A stretch of 53,092 bases of DNA, taken from positions 31,560,520 to 31,613,611 of the forward strand of contig NC_068989.1 of NCBI RefSeq assembly GCF_001194135.2, given 5' to 3'. Position 1 is the stretch's first letter. Each line of letters starts with the position of its first letter. Below the pieces are notes generated by a model. The model searched no databases and was not told where the DNA came from. It saw only the letters and a list, made by a program, of their open reading frames with translations. Source of the stretch: Octopus bimaculoides (taxonomy: Eukaryota). Position numbers and translations under genes: made by a program. This document shows positions 22,200-35,098 of the stretch, piece by piece.

Positions 22200-23470
22200 C
22201 CTCCAGTTCACCAAAAGAAATTTTCTCACAGCTTGCATTTGCTGGAAATTTCAGATCTGGAATTAAGTAGTGTGGGAGAATTCTTAAATCTAAAGAGAAT
22301 ATGTGATCTTTCAGCTACATATAAGTTGCATTTCTTAGATCCATTTACATATAACATAAATGTCTCCCAAATTCTCCACTTGATTGCATGTAGTGAGCAG
22401 TTGGTCTTCAAACCCCATATGTAGTTAGCCAACTTAAAGGTTTTTCTTTTGTTCATGAGCCAAAAAAAGAAGACTGGTGGTTTGCATAATGTGTATTAAA
22501 ATTGCCTTTGCATAAACTGATGTAAGTTTCCTTTCTAGTTACATAATCTTGAAGTGTTGCTGTGACTTCTGCCTCAAAGATGACCAAGTTTATCATACAC
22601 ACCTGATCAAGTGGGTAAGGTTCAAGGTCTCAACAGTTACAACTGGGAGTGGGCTCTTGGTGAGGCTTACAAGTGATAATATTCCTCATATTCGAGCAGT
22701 AGCTGTATATCTTAATTGAGCATTTATTAAAAATCTTCCATTATATATGGTTTCCTGGGAAATACTTATCTAAAAGGACCAGAAATTTCATACTTAGACT
22801 AGTTTTAACATGTAGTATCGCACAGACGCACCATACTGAGTGACAGACATGCCACATTGAGATCTCACTGGCAGTCATTAGCTGCTTGAGACTGGAGCAA
22901 AATCATACAAACTTCCGATGGGCATGCGCAACGAGACAGTAAGCCTTTCCAGAAGGACACCTTTATAAGACAGCTCTTGAGCTTGTTCACTCTCTGTTCC
23001 TGCGTGCCTCTCACGCTAGAAGCAGCTCGTCTCACTAGCAGCAACTTGCTGCCTCACACGTACAACACAGCAGATGATACACTATGCTAGAGATGGTTAA
23101 CGAGAGCCAAAATTTGAGCCTGTAAATAAATGTTATTCGGATTTGTTATCTCATTTTGTCTTCGACTTGATACTTCGTTTGACTGGATTTAAATTTATAA
23201 TGGGAGACACAAGATACCCTACCAGTATTTGGCCAACAATGGCCTCTCGTTATAAACATTTTGGGAGAAAAGAGTTGGGGTAGAACCATATTATTTTCAT
23301 AGCTCTATTTTTAAGTCTGTTTTAAGGTTTCATATTTTTAACTGAAGGGTTGTTATATATCCTATCTTTGGCTATTGCTATAGTATGGGTTTGCCTTATG
23401 AAATATTTCTTTTGAAGAGGAAAGATTAGATATCCTATAACTGATGCTTTTAAATATTTTAAGAGGGTGA
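22200..23470 (-). mobile_element. Penelope-like element 3' remnant (thumb + GIY-YIG), split by a solo LTR
   Basis: KIIWF..NVKT..LLDKYFP..KIFNK..SYCSNMRNII, CNC..PL..C, KLANYIWGLK..KKCNL..LLNSRSEISSKC. Confidence 0.8.
22811..23254 (+). mobile_element. Solo LTR, 444 bp
   Basis: Starts TGTAGT and ends GTTATA (probably GTTACA mutated). 4-bp TSD AACA at 22807-22810 and 23255-23258. TATA-like site at 22962-22969 and AATAAA at 23125-23130. Removing it restores PLE codons QNVKTS. Confidence 0.75.
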
Positions 23471-23755
23471 CAGAACTATTTGTGTGTGTATGTGTGTGTA
23501 TATATGTGTGTATACACGCACACACACATACGCTGTTATTTCACTTAGAGTGGGTATTCATTCTCACACTGAAGGAATGACGGCATGATCTAATGGAGGA
23601 ACACATCTTACACCTTGGATAGATGATAGTAATTACACATGTTAATAATATCATCTCACTAATGTACTATAAGTGTAAAACTGTGTTGAAACAACTGTGT
23701 TGAATAAAAAATGTCGTTCAATCCATTTTCTATTATCTATTTGTGTATGTATATA

Positions 23756-24522
23756 CAAGGCCAGATCAATAAGTATCTGGACTGTTATCATAGTAATGAA
23801 GCTAAAGCACATAGAGTGAAGCTGCTTGGCAAAGATTGACCTTGAACTCTGCTCAGAGGCCTACACAAAGTTGCAGAAAGTGCATGGAGAGGAATGTATG
23901 AGCCGCTCAAAAGTGTATGAGTGGTTCAAACATTTCCAAGACGGCTGAAAAAATGTCGATAGTGACGAATGTTCTGGGAGACTTGCAACCAGCAGAACTG
24001 AGAAAAAGATTGTAGATGCGCATGCAGCTGTGAGGAGAAATTGCCAAATCACCATCTGTGAGTTATCAGAGGATATGCAGATTAGTTACGGTTTAGATCA
24101 GTCCATTATCACTGAAGATTTGGGTATGAGAAGCATGTCTGCCAAGTTTGTACCAAAACTGCTTTCAGCTGACCATAAAAGACACTTGGGTTTTGGTTGC
24201 ACAAGATCTCCTTGGTTGTGTCAAGAACAATGGAAACTTTTTGAAAACTTTGCATAGGCCTCTGAGCAGGTATTGCCAAGCTTTTGGCAAAATTTGATGT
24301 AGATTCTCTGCTCAACTTTCTCTGTCATAATCAATGTGATGATCACACATTACAAACCTTCCTTCCAAGCACTGCAGTAAACAGTGGAAGTGAGCTAGAA
24401 TGTTAAAACCTAGTGCGCATGCATAGCAGAGTTCAAGGTCAATCTGTACCAAGCAGCTTCACTCTGTGTGCTTTAGCTTTGTTACTATGGAAACAGTCCA
24501 GATACTTATTGATCAGACCAGG
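23756..24522 (+). mobile_element. Internally deleted mariner with 98-bp TIRs
   Basis: TA at 23754-23755 and 24523-24524. TIRs 23756-23853 and 24425-24522 (11 mismatches). HTH remnant CMSRSKVYEWFKHFQDG..SAKFVPKLL. No DD34D domain. Confidence 0.9.
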
Positions 24523-25296
24523 TACAATATGTGTGTGTATGTATATATGCATGTGTGTGTGTTAATGTACATATATGTGTGTATATATTTATATAATGTA
24601 TGTATATATGAATATATATATATGTATGTATATGTATGTATATATATATATGTGTATGTATACTATTCTGTCCATCTCATTACAATGTCGTCAAATTCAT
24701 TTCAGTTGTCCATTACAATGTCATCAAATTCATTCACTTATTCAAGTTATTCAATTTTAATTTTTATCACACAGTCACTTATCTCTATAATTCTGTCTTA
24801 GATTAGCTGACCGAAAACTCTTATTTCTCAATTCTATATTTCTACCATTCAATATTTAGTCTCTTTAAACCATGCGACAGAAATCCCAAAAGAATATCTC
24901 TCTCTCTCTTTCCCTCGTGTTCTGGCCTAACCCTCTCTGCTTTACTCTGTCTCTCTCGATCCCACTCTCTCTTCTTCTCCCTCTTTTGATTACCTCTTAC
25001 TTCACCAGGATTATAAACTAGCGTACGCACTCCAATTCCCCCACTCGACCTAAATACCTTTGCAACATATGCCAGCGGTACACCTGCCTTCCAACCCCCT
25101 CCACCAGTACCGGAAGTTCCTATTTTCTCCACCAGTACCGTAAGTTCCTGGCTGTCTCCCATGAACACTTCTAAAGGCTTCACACCATCCCCCCCACCCC
25201 CACTTAGGGTTTATCTCCTATGTAAGGTAGCGATCATATGGTGCAAAATACGATAGTGTAGTAGATGCAGGTTGAAATGAATGCTACGGATTGTTT

Positions 25297-28200
25297 ATGA
25301 ATTCTGTAAAATGCGAGCTTTCTTTTCAGGTACATGACATTGCTGTTCCCCGCCCCAGGTTCTTGCGGGCCCATACCTCCCACACCCTCAGGGTTGGCAC
25401 TCTCAACGTCGGCACACTGAAAGGTAGGTCTGGTGAGATTGTTGAGATGCTTGAACGGAGATGTGTCAATATCTGCTGCCTCCAAGAAGTAAGGTGGAGA
25501 GGAGGTTCTGCTAGGTTCCTCACAGGCACAGAATACAGGTACAAGATTTTCTGGGCAGGGAACACAGATGGGGTCGGGGGTGTGGGTATACTTCCTGCAG
25601 AGAAATGGGTGGATAAGGTAATCGAGGTAGTCAGAGTATGTGATAGAATCCCTAAGATTAGATTAGTCCTTCACCATGGCTTAGCAACCATTATCTCGGC
25701 CTATGTCCCTCAGCCCAGGCTACACGATGGACAGAAAGACTGATTTTATGACACCCTCTTGCAGACTACCTCGTTGACGAATGACAGGGACCTTCTCTTT
25801 GTGGCTGGTGACTTCAATGGTCATGTTAGACAACATTCAGGGGGCTTCTATGGTGTACATGGAGGCTATGGTTTTGGTTCCCGCAACGATGAGGGAACTA
25901 GGCTGCTGGAGTTCTGTGATGCAAATGACCTTATGGTCTGCAATACTAACTTCAGGAAACCTGCCTGTCACCTAGTCACCTACCGTTCTGGCAGACACAC
26001 TAGCCAAATTGACTACATCCTCGCCAGAAAAAGGGAAAGATGGCTGCTTATAAATGCCAAAACCTCCCCAGGCGAAGAATGCACTCCACAACATAGATTA
26101 GTAGTTAGTGACTTCAGGATTAGGGCTAAGCGGTTGCCCAGAAGACGACCAGCTTGGAGGAGAAGGGTCTAGAAGCTCAAAGATCCTGCGAATGGACAGA
26201 GATTTAGAGACTTATTACTCGAAGCCTTTGACGAAATAGAGGGGGATATAGCTTCACACGATGTAGAAGACAACTGGAGGTTTCTATGGGACAACCTGAT
26301 GAGGGCCATTGACCAGATCTGTGGATGGTGCAAAGTTCCCTCTCGACCCAAAATAACATGGTGGTGGAACAATGTTGTTGACAGGGTTATTAGACAAAAG
26401 AAACAGGCTTGGAAGGACTGGAAGAACGGAGGNNNNNNNNNNTTGACAGGGTTATTAGACAAAAGAAACAGGCTTGGAAGGACTGGAAGAACGGAGGTAG
26501 CAGGGAATTGTATCAGACTGCCAGAAGGGAAGCTAGGCAACAGGTTTATTTAGCCAGAGGGGAAGCAGGTAAGAAAAAATTTGCTGATATTCTGCACCAT
26601 GAGGATCAAAGACTTGAGGTATTTCGTGTTGCAAGACAGTGTGTGAGAGAGAATCGTGATGTCGTGGGAGAGAAATGTGTTCTCATGGATAATGGTACGC
26701 TTGCACTAAACGAGGCTGCAAAGAAAGAGGTTTGGAGATGCCACTACGAAAGATTGCTCAATAAAGTGAACAAATGGGAGAAAGAGAGTCTGCCGAATGT
26801 CGACCCAACAGAGGGACCAGCTATCCGAGTTGACAGTACCAGGGTAGATAAAGCAATTAAGAGTATGAAGAGAGGGAAAGCCCCGGGCCCATCAGGAATC
26901 ACTGTAGAGATGCTCAAAATATCTGGTAGTGTCAGCTATAGCCTAGTCACCTGCATTGTTAACCAGGTGATACACGAAGGAGTCATACCCAATGACTGGT
27001 GTAGCAGCATCATAGTAAACTGCTACAAAGGTAAAGGTGACGCTTTATATACAAATAATTACAGAGGTATCAAGTTGTTAGATCAGGTAATGAAAGTCAC
27101 GGAGAGGGTCATAGCCCAACTAATTAGGGAGAGAGTCAGTTTAGATGAGATGCAGTTTGGGTTCGTGCCAGGGAAAAGCACCATTCAGAATCCATATATT
27201 CGACCAGTCCTTTGTGTGTATCTGTATTCTAAATAAATTACAGAGTGAGATAGAGAGTAATCATCCTCCATATGCACTATATGCTTATATCAATGGGTGG
27301 AGGTAGGGATCCACCAAGGTTCAGTCCTCAGCTTCCTCCTATTTATCATAGTCCTCCAGGGGATAACAGACGAATTCAAGACAGGGAGCTCCTCTATGCT
27401 GATGACCTTGCACTAATTGCCGAGTCTCTATCAGAACTAGAGGAGAAGTTTCAGGTGTGGAAGGAAGGACTAGAATCGAAGAGCCTTAGAGTCAACCTAG
27501 CCAAAACCAAATTCCTAATAAGTAGGAAGGTAGACAAAACACAAACCTCTTCAGGTAGATGGTCCTGCTCGATCTTTAGAAAAGGCATAGGTAGTAACTC
27601 TATAAGATGTACCCAGTGCAAGCTATAGACACATAAGAGGTGCAGCAATATCAAAGGAAGGTTAACTAGGAAGTTAGTTTTTGTATGTGGCAGATGTTCA
27701 GGAGCAATAAACACTGAAAATGTGCAGAAAACAACTTCTGCCACATTCCAGGGAGAAAAACTAGACGTAGTTGATAGCTTCCACTATCTAGGCGACCAAG
27801 TTACTAGTGGGAGAGGGTGTGCTGAAAGTGTAGCTGCTAGAATAAGAATAGCCTGGGCAAAGTTCAGAGAGCTCTTACCTCTGCTGGTGACAAAGGGCCT
27901 GTCACTCAGAGTAAAAGGCAGACTGTATGACTGTATGACGCTCCGATGGATGTGCAATGTCAGTGTGCATACTTGACAAAGTGTAAGTAGCTTGAGAGAA
28001 AAGTTGAACTTACAAAGCATCAGTTGTGGTGCACAAGAGAGACGATTGCGCTGGTATGATTATGTGGCGAGAATGGATGAGGATAGCTGTGTGAAAAAGT
28101 GCCACACCCTAGCGGTTGAAGGAACCTGTGGAAGATGTATTCGACGACTGCTCTCATGCCAATGTCTCCTTCATTGGACACTAAACTCGGCTTGCGAAGA

Positions 28201-28685
28201 CCTGTTGGGGCAAGCAAAAGCGAAATCGTGATGGCACCTGTACCAGCGGCGCGCTAAGAGCACCATTTGATGTGATCGTTGCCAGAGCAGCTGTCTGGCT
28301 TCCGTGCCAGTGGCATGTAAATAGTACCATTTAAGCGTGATTGTTACCAGCATTGCCTTCCTGGCACATGTGCTGGTGGCACGTGAAAAGACATTCGAGC
28401 GAGATCGTTGCCAGTGCCACTGGACTGGCTCCTGTGCAGGTGGCACGTAAAATACACTGTTTTGAGTGTGGCCATTGCCAGTACCGCTTGACTGGCCTTC
28501 GTGCCGGTGGCACATAAAAGCACCCACTACACTCTCGGAGTGGTTGGCATCAGGAGGGACATCCAGCTGTAGAAACACTGCCAAATCAGATTGGAGCCTG
28601 GTGTAGCCTTCTGGCTTGTCAGCCCTCAGTCAAATCATCTAATCCATGCTAGCATGGAAAGTGGACATTAAATGATGATGATGAT
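25297..28685 (+). mobile_element. Near-full-length RTE LINE, disabled; 5' leader may extend to ~24810
   Basis: APE domain (TLNVGTLKGRSGEIVEML, VAGDFNGHV, QIDYIL), RT (NYRGIKLL, QFGFVPGKS, HQGSVLS, LLYADDL), Cys motif, 3' UTR and (ATG)n tail. Stops at 25741 and 26170. Part of the RT core is replaced by filler. Confidence 0.95.
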
Positions 28686-28989
28686 TATACAAGTAAATGG
28701 ATATATGAAAGAAAATGGCACTCAATATACTTGGTAGGTTTTGCATGTATTATTTGATAACAGTTTGACTTGGTTCATAGAACAAACCTAGCTCATAAAG
28801 CATTTGGAGGTCAAGTATTAGGAAATGAGACAAATTCAAAATGGTTTCTAGATGTTAGGCTTGGGGTTGACTGATAAGTCAACTCAAATAATCTGGCTTT
28901 ATTGATTTAGAAGTGACATCAGATATCTTTTTTCTCAGGTCCACATGGTCAGGTGGGAGGCAGCTGCCATTGCTATGCCTGGAGGCTGC

Positions 28990-29530
28990 AGTATTGTTTG
29001 TTTAGCAACATCAATGCCTTGCATTTGCTGCTACATATGGCAGAGTGAGGTGTTGTCACAAGTTCACGGAGGACTAACACTATAGCAGCTACAGCCTTTC
29101 TGTGGGAGAAACCAGATTTGGTAGTGTTGGATTGTAATTTGGTGGTGTGAGATTGGATTGTCAGTGTGGATGGGTCTGTAATCTATATGGATAGCAGGGG
29201 TGAAGCGCCATGCTCTTGAGTATGTAGCAAGCAAGCCTAAAGTGGTATATCTGGATTGTTACGTGCTAGTGGCTTGAAGTTCATTAACAAGGCTCTGGTG
29301 GCAAGAATAATGTTGATGGATACTGCAAGTTAGTGGAGTTTGTGTAATCTCTCACAAAGGCAGAGTTGGCAACTGCAAGCTCCAGATGAGTACAGAGGGG
29401 CCCTGTCAATGATACTCCAGTTGATATTGGAGAAATTGTTCCAGTGGTCATGGAGTCTCCAGATAAAACAAGATAGTGAGGTGGAATTTTCCCTATCCAA
29501 AGTGCATTCTCTCTCATGAAAAAGAAAAGG
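28990..29530 (-). mobile_element. Highly degenerate LINE RT-like fragment
   Basis: Minus-strand translation fragments QIWFLPQKGC..GIDVAK loosely recall RT domains 2-3. Confidence 0.3.
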
Positions 29531-29802
29531 TAGAAAAAAAAAGAACCAGATGCAAATGTAAGATGTACCTCAAAGCCTTGGCATTAGAAAGGGCATTCAG
29601 CTGTAGAAACCATTCCAAAGCAGATACTGGAATATGATCCACTGAATGGATCCTTTCAAACCATTCAGCCCATGCCAACATGGAACACAAATGTTAAATG
29701 ATGATAAAGGTGATACGTGAATATTGTTATATTTGAAAAGAGTCAGTTGATGAAGAAATCTGTTAAACAAAGTCAGTCAGTTGATCAATCAAAAGTCATT
29801 AA

Positions 29803-30876
29803 CCCTTTCGTTACTATATTTCTGGCCAAAATACACCCCTCATGAGTTTCAATTAAATTCTAAAATAATCATGAATTTAGACTAGTCTCATTAAACACCT
29901 GTAACTTTTTTATTTATCAACATATTAATGTGATATTTGGAACATAATTAAAGAAAGGGTTCTTAATCAATTCTATTGCATAATTTTTGTCTCCAAGTTC
30001 TCCACGTACTGAGTAGCGGGGGTACTGCTAGTGTCTCTCACATGTAAATATTGGTTCAGCTTCACGAATTGTACTTGTTCATAATACTGGAAATATATCC
30101 ATCGCCAAAAGGTTCCTGATCACTCTAGTAATTTGTTATTCTGGGTAATTGTCTAATACCCATAATAATATTTATGGCAAAAAATGCCCGTATTTCATCT
30201 ACAGTTACAGGAAACCACAAGCTATCTTCTTTTTTCCGGTTTGTTTACATTCTGCGTAACGGTTTGTTTCCGCAGTAATCATTTCAAACAAGCATGAAAA
30301 AGAAGTCTAAAGGTTTCGCTTCCTGAAAAAGACTATGGGTAGACCCTGTTTCCTCAGAAAAATTGTTAATAAAAATATTTTAAAAATCTTTTTCTGGTGT
30401 NNNNNNNNNNNNNNNNNNNNNNNNNNNNNNNNNNNNNNNNNNNNNNNNNNNNNNNNNNNNNNNNNNNNNNNNNNNNNNNNNNNNNCATTATCGTTCACCA
30501 CGTACTTTTGTAGCTCATTCATTCTTTTCTTCAATATCTCCATATCTTCTGTTGAAAAACTTTCAAATTCGGAATCACTGCTTGATAGCATGAAACTCCT
30601 CTCCATCTTCAAAGTTGAAAAAAATTAACACCGCAAAAAATGTGGAAAAAAATCTTCCAAAATTCACTGAGTTCAAATATCACGCCAAATAATGTCAGAG
30701 ACAATAACTCAACTGTTTGCAAAGTGAAATCAGGTGTTTTAACGAATGTACTAACGAAATTTGGGTTCAAATATACATTTAAATAACAATGGGTACGCTC
30801 GGCCGGCTACGACCGGGTTAGTCTTATGAACCAAAAAATTTTTCGGCCGGCTACGGCCGGGTTAGTAACGAAAGGA
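29803..30876 (-). mobile_element. Non-autonomous piggyBac derivative, ~1.07 kb
   Basis: TTAA at 29799-29802 and 30877-30880. 13-bp TIR CCCTTTCGTTACT (1 mismatch). N-terminal transposase remnant SSSDSEFESF at 30307-30612. Confidence 0.9.
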
Positions 30877-31640
30877 TTAAGCTACAAGTGGTGCTATTGT
30901 CATTTTCCTTGTCAACAAATCCCCAGATGACTTTACATCTTTGAAGATTAGTCAGATTAAAGATCTTTGAAAGACAGGTGTTCATTTACCTTTATGTGTT
31001 CCTCTTTACATATGTAAGCATGTAGGTGCCTTTAGAAATATGTATATATAATTGTATCTATAAACAATGCACACACACACACACACATTCTCTCTCTGAA
31101 ACACACACTGAAAATTCTCTAAACTTCTCAGCATTTATTTGAAAATTTTTTCATTCATTCCAATCCAGCAAATTAACTGATTCTGATGATATCTGCTCCA
31201 TTACTCTAAAACTGGATTCCAGATCTCACCAGAAACACCAATCATTCTCTGAAGACAAGTAACAGTGTGTCCCATTGTCGTGAAGGGCAAGTTTTCTGGC
31301 TTTGTTAGTGTACCATCCTCACTCAAAGGTGACTGACGCATTATAAACAAATAGCTTTCATTAACAAGTGTAAAGTTTCTTTGGAGCCTGATCTACAGAA
31401 GACTTGCTCTTCTACATCCTCTATTAGACATCCATGAGTCAAATCAGGACAACTCTAAGCAGTTACTTAATCTGCTAGAACTAGCAGTTAAATACCTTTC
31501 AAGTTCAAGACTGTCTTAAGAAAGGACACACTGAACAATGTAGTCCTTGATATACAGAAAGATGGAGTGGTCATGGTTGAAATATATAGAGCTGCTCACT
31601 CAGAGATGATTAGTAGTTAAAAAAAGACTAAATGTTACTT

Positions 31641-31646
31641 TTTATT
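31641..31646 (-). promoter_or_regulatory. Candidate polyadenylation signal of the golgin gene
   Basis: AATAAA on the minus strand about 250 nt downstream of the predicted stop. Confidence 0.4.
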
Positions 31647-31892
31647 TTTTCCAGCTCACATTCTAACAGCTCTAATGGAACCCATGGCTTAATTAAGTCT
31701 CATACACTCTTTTTCTTATATTCTGTTAGAACTAAGCACAGACATATACACACTTCTATGCCAATCATACCTCACTTCATTCTTTTACCTTCTTACCTTC
31801 TAGACATCAATCACATGCAACATTACAATGACCGGCAGAGTAGTAAACTTAATAACTGCTACAAAGGCAACAAAAGATGCATTTGAAACAGT

Positions 31893-31898
31893 TCAATG
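31893..31898 (-). CDS. GOLGA4: Probable terminal coding exon of the golgin (His-stop), followed by 3' UTR
   Basis: Strong acceptor TTTATTTACATCTTGACTTTTCAG (AG at 31900-31899), 493 nt from the previous donor. Phase 0 gives CAT TGA. Confidence 0.5.
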   Translation of the reverse strand, partial: H

Positions 31899-32391
31899 CT
31901 GAAAAGTCAAGATGTAAATAAATGGCACATGAAAATATTTCAAACTATGTGTAAAGGTATTGTATACAAAGTTACTTTTGGCAGTGAATACAGTTGGGCA
32001 TTTAGCATACAGGTTCAAGTTCCCTGCAGTTCTCTTCCCAGTTTTCTTGAGAATTTTTAAATGGTGATATTATTAAAGTAAAATTTGTAGAATCTGAAGA
32101 TAATAGTTTTCCTCTAATTGTTAGTTAGTGTTTTTTTTCTCAGGTTCCTATTTACAGGATACAAATTGTTAAATCTGAGATCAGTAAGATAACACCCTAT
32201 TACTTGAGAAATACACATAGTGAGTGATATAAAGAGCAGTAATGTGATGTAGGTGTTATATGATAAATGGTTAAAACAACAGATATGTCTGCAAAATAAG
32301 ATGTCAACAGCAGTGATGATATTAATATTATAGACATGTCTACTGAGTGTGATATCGATCATACTAAAAATAAACACAGTATATTATTTAC

Positions 32392-32478
32392 CGTTGCTCG
32401 TATATCCTCTTGTGCCATAATGTTGTTTGTTTGGTCTTCAGAAAACTGGACAACTGTAGCAATAACTTTGGCAAGCGT
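32392..32478 (-). CDS. GOLGA4: Golgin-245-like exon, C-terminal half of the GRIP domain
   Basis: CTTTGCTTCAG | 87 nt | GTAAAT, phase 0-0. Encodes TLAKVIATVVQFSEDQTNNIMAQEDIRAT, aligning with the recalled human GOLGA4 sequence TMAKVITTVLKFPDDQTQKILEREDAR. Confidence 0.9.
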
Positions 32479-33399
32479 CTGAAGCAAAGATATGAATTTG
32501 AGAAATAACACTGTTAAAATAGTAATAAGATAGGCATATAAATCAACTTATTGTAAGATAGTAATAAGATAGTAATATAAGTCAACTTTGTCTTCTACTT
32601 TGCATTATTAAATAACAATGCAAAGTTGAAGACAAATTTTTTTCACTAAAAGTTTTAAATGAGCAGCAGGCTTCAAGCTTTTATTAATATCACAGCAGTG
32701 TATTTACGGCTTATATATAGTTATAATTACCACTTTAGAAAGCATATTTTATAGTGTGCATGTAGGAAGGTTTGAAATACAGGTATTTTACTGGTTTCTG
32801 ATGTTGCAAGTTAATTCAATGAGATTATATTGTAGTGGTTGGTAGCAAGGTTCATTGAATGAGTGATGAAAGAAAATCAGATCAGAAGACAAATGTATAA
32901 AGAAATAAACATACTCTCGTATGAGTGGCAATAATTGATATTACAGTATGTATGTAAATGTTTCAACAAAAAATAACGTGTGTAAAATTAAACATCTCAA
33001 CAGCAACTATCTTGGACACTTGAAAAGACCATGTTGGGCAGAAGTTACCACATGTGTCCTTCTGCAGACAGCAGTAAATGGATGAAATGGGCAACTAACA
33101 TGGAAGATGTAGAATAAACAGAAACAGCCTAGAAGTATTATAACCATACACACACACACACACAGACACACACACACACACACATGCATGCTTTTGTCTA
33201 TTAAATTTGATGATGACTATCTTCTTCAATTGTAGCTATTTCTAAATTTCACTTGTAAATTCTAGTAAATCTCACTCTTTGACATGCAACTTCATTTTCA
33301 AATAGAACAAGTGAATATTTGATAGAAGATACATGAATTAATCTGTGTGTATGCCCCTTTTCTTGCTTCTGGCAGTACATTTGTCTTTCATATCTTCAA

Positions 33400-34200
33400 T
33401 TCTCTTCCTCATCAGTGAGAATTTCAAAGTGAACATTTGGTAGCAATGCCTTCTTCTATTCTTGAAGTTGATGCTACTTCTCTTCAAAATGGTTTTTATT
33501 TGGCCTTTGCATCATTTCTTTAGTTTTCCAGCCAAACAAGGATCATGATGTAGAAGATTCTATGGGGAAGATGTGAGACAGACAGTCAGATATGTACACT
33601 ACATATCTGAGTCATTTCAGCTGATGCCTGTACAGTGTGAATTTGATGCTGCCAGTGTTGGTTCAATGAAGGATTTTTGCTCTCATCAGGAGACTGAAAG
33701 AAGTCATGTAGGCACAGAATATTAAAGGCCTTCACGGCCTTGATATGTCAACTGCATGTGATCCATGTTTTGCACTCATGCGGAAGATTAGAAATACAGA
33801 CTACCCAGTATGAGAACCAGGTGAGTACCACCTCCAAACCAAGAATAGAACCTTGGTATGGAGGTGTAGATGGTTATTTAGAAAGATTTTCTTTCTGAGC
33901 CTTCCAAATACCAAGAGGTATACCTGATGAGTTTATAATCTCCCCATCCAGTGAGGAATCATTGAAAATTACACTGACTAGATATCTGAATTGAGAAGTT
34001 GTTGTACCATTGACAGATGACCTCAGTTTTCTGGACTTTAACTATCAGGCCTTTTCTTCAATAAGTTGTAATCTGTAACAGCTACTAAGATGGTGGCCTG
34101 TAGAGCTTCTGGAGTTTGAGCTATCAGAGCATCATCACCAGTGTACTGTAGTTCAATGAAACATTCATATCTGCTGAACTTAGTGATTGCTTGTGGCCTT
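33400..34200 (-). mobile_element. Ancient RTE (BovB-like) RT C-terminal relic
   Basis: IELQYTGDDALIAQTPEALQ..VFGRLRKKIFLNNHLHLHTKV in broken frames. Confidence 0.7.
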
Positions 34201-35050
34201 TGGATACATATATATACAATAGATGACTTATAAAAATTTAGACAATATTTACTTTCTGATGGAAATCAAAACATTTATTCAAATACCCCAATCATTACAC
34301 TGCAGCTATTTTCTTTTCTCAACCAATGCATGCCAAATTTTAATTTGCAGTACCAAATGCTTACTTCAGCATAATGTTGCTTCTTATTAATCTTTCTTAG
34401 TAACTCGGTTAATAGCTACTTAGATAAAAAAAAAATCCATGAATAGCTAATCTATAACACATTCCATGAAAGCTTAGACACAAAAGTATGGCAGTGATAT
34501 TAGAAGTTTCCAGGATATTCAATGTACAGATGATCCAAGAAGTAGAATAGGCAAAACAAGAAAAGCTGGTAGAAATTAAATGTGGTGTAAAACAAGATTC
34601 AATAGAGAAATTACACTGAAAAAAAACAAGAGAAGAATTTTGTAAGAATTTTGAATATCATCTGCATCAAACACTCACAATCAGAAGACTAGGTTTTATT
34701 TTAGAAAATAATTATGAAAAGTACACCAGGAGTATTGATTATAGTAAAGAAAACATTCATAAGCTAGCAAAGAAGGAAACTGAGAATTATCTTTTGGGTA
34801 TATAGTAGGAGGTGGTGCATAGTAAACATTTAACTTATAGTGATTAATTGCTTAGATATCTCAAGTGGGAAGGTAAGAAAACAAGGTTTAAAGGTCTATA
34901 AAGTACTGATAGCCTAAAAATTTTGGCCTATTATACAATCAGTGCTATAGAAGAAAAAAAAGACATTCTTAATAATATCCAGGCTTCATGTGGTCAATCC
35001 CATTGCACACACACAAACACAGACAACCAAATATAAAATTAATTATTCAC

Positions 35051-35098
35051 CTTGGTCTCTTTCCCTATCATATATTGGTACAGGATATTTTTTAAATA
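35051..35098 (-). CDS. GOLGA4: Golgin-245-like exon, N-terminal half of the GRIP domain
   Basis: TTTTGTTTTATTTCAG | 48 nt | GTGAAT, phase 0-0. Encodes YLKNILYQYMIGKETK (human YLRKVLFEYMMGRETK), including the conserved GRIP Tyr. Confidence 0.92.

Noticed and set aside
26378-26497. 55-bp direct duplication in the RTE ORF
   Set aside because: Identical copies flank a 10-N gap, the signature of an unmerged contig overlap.
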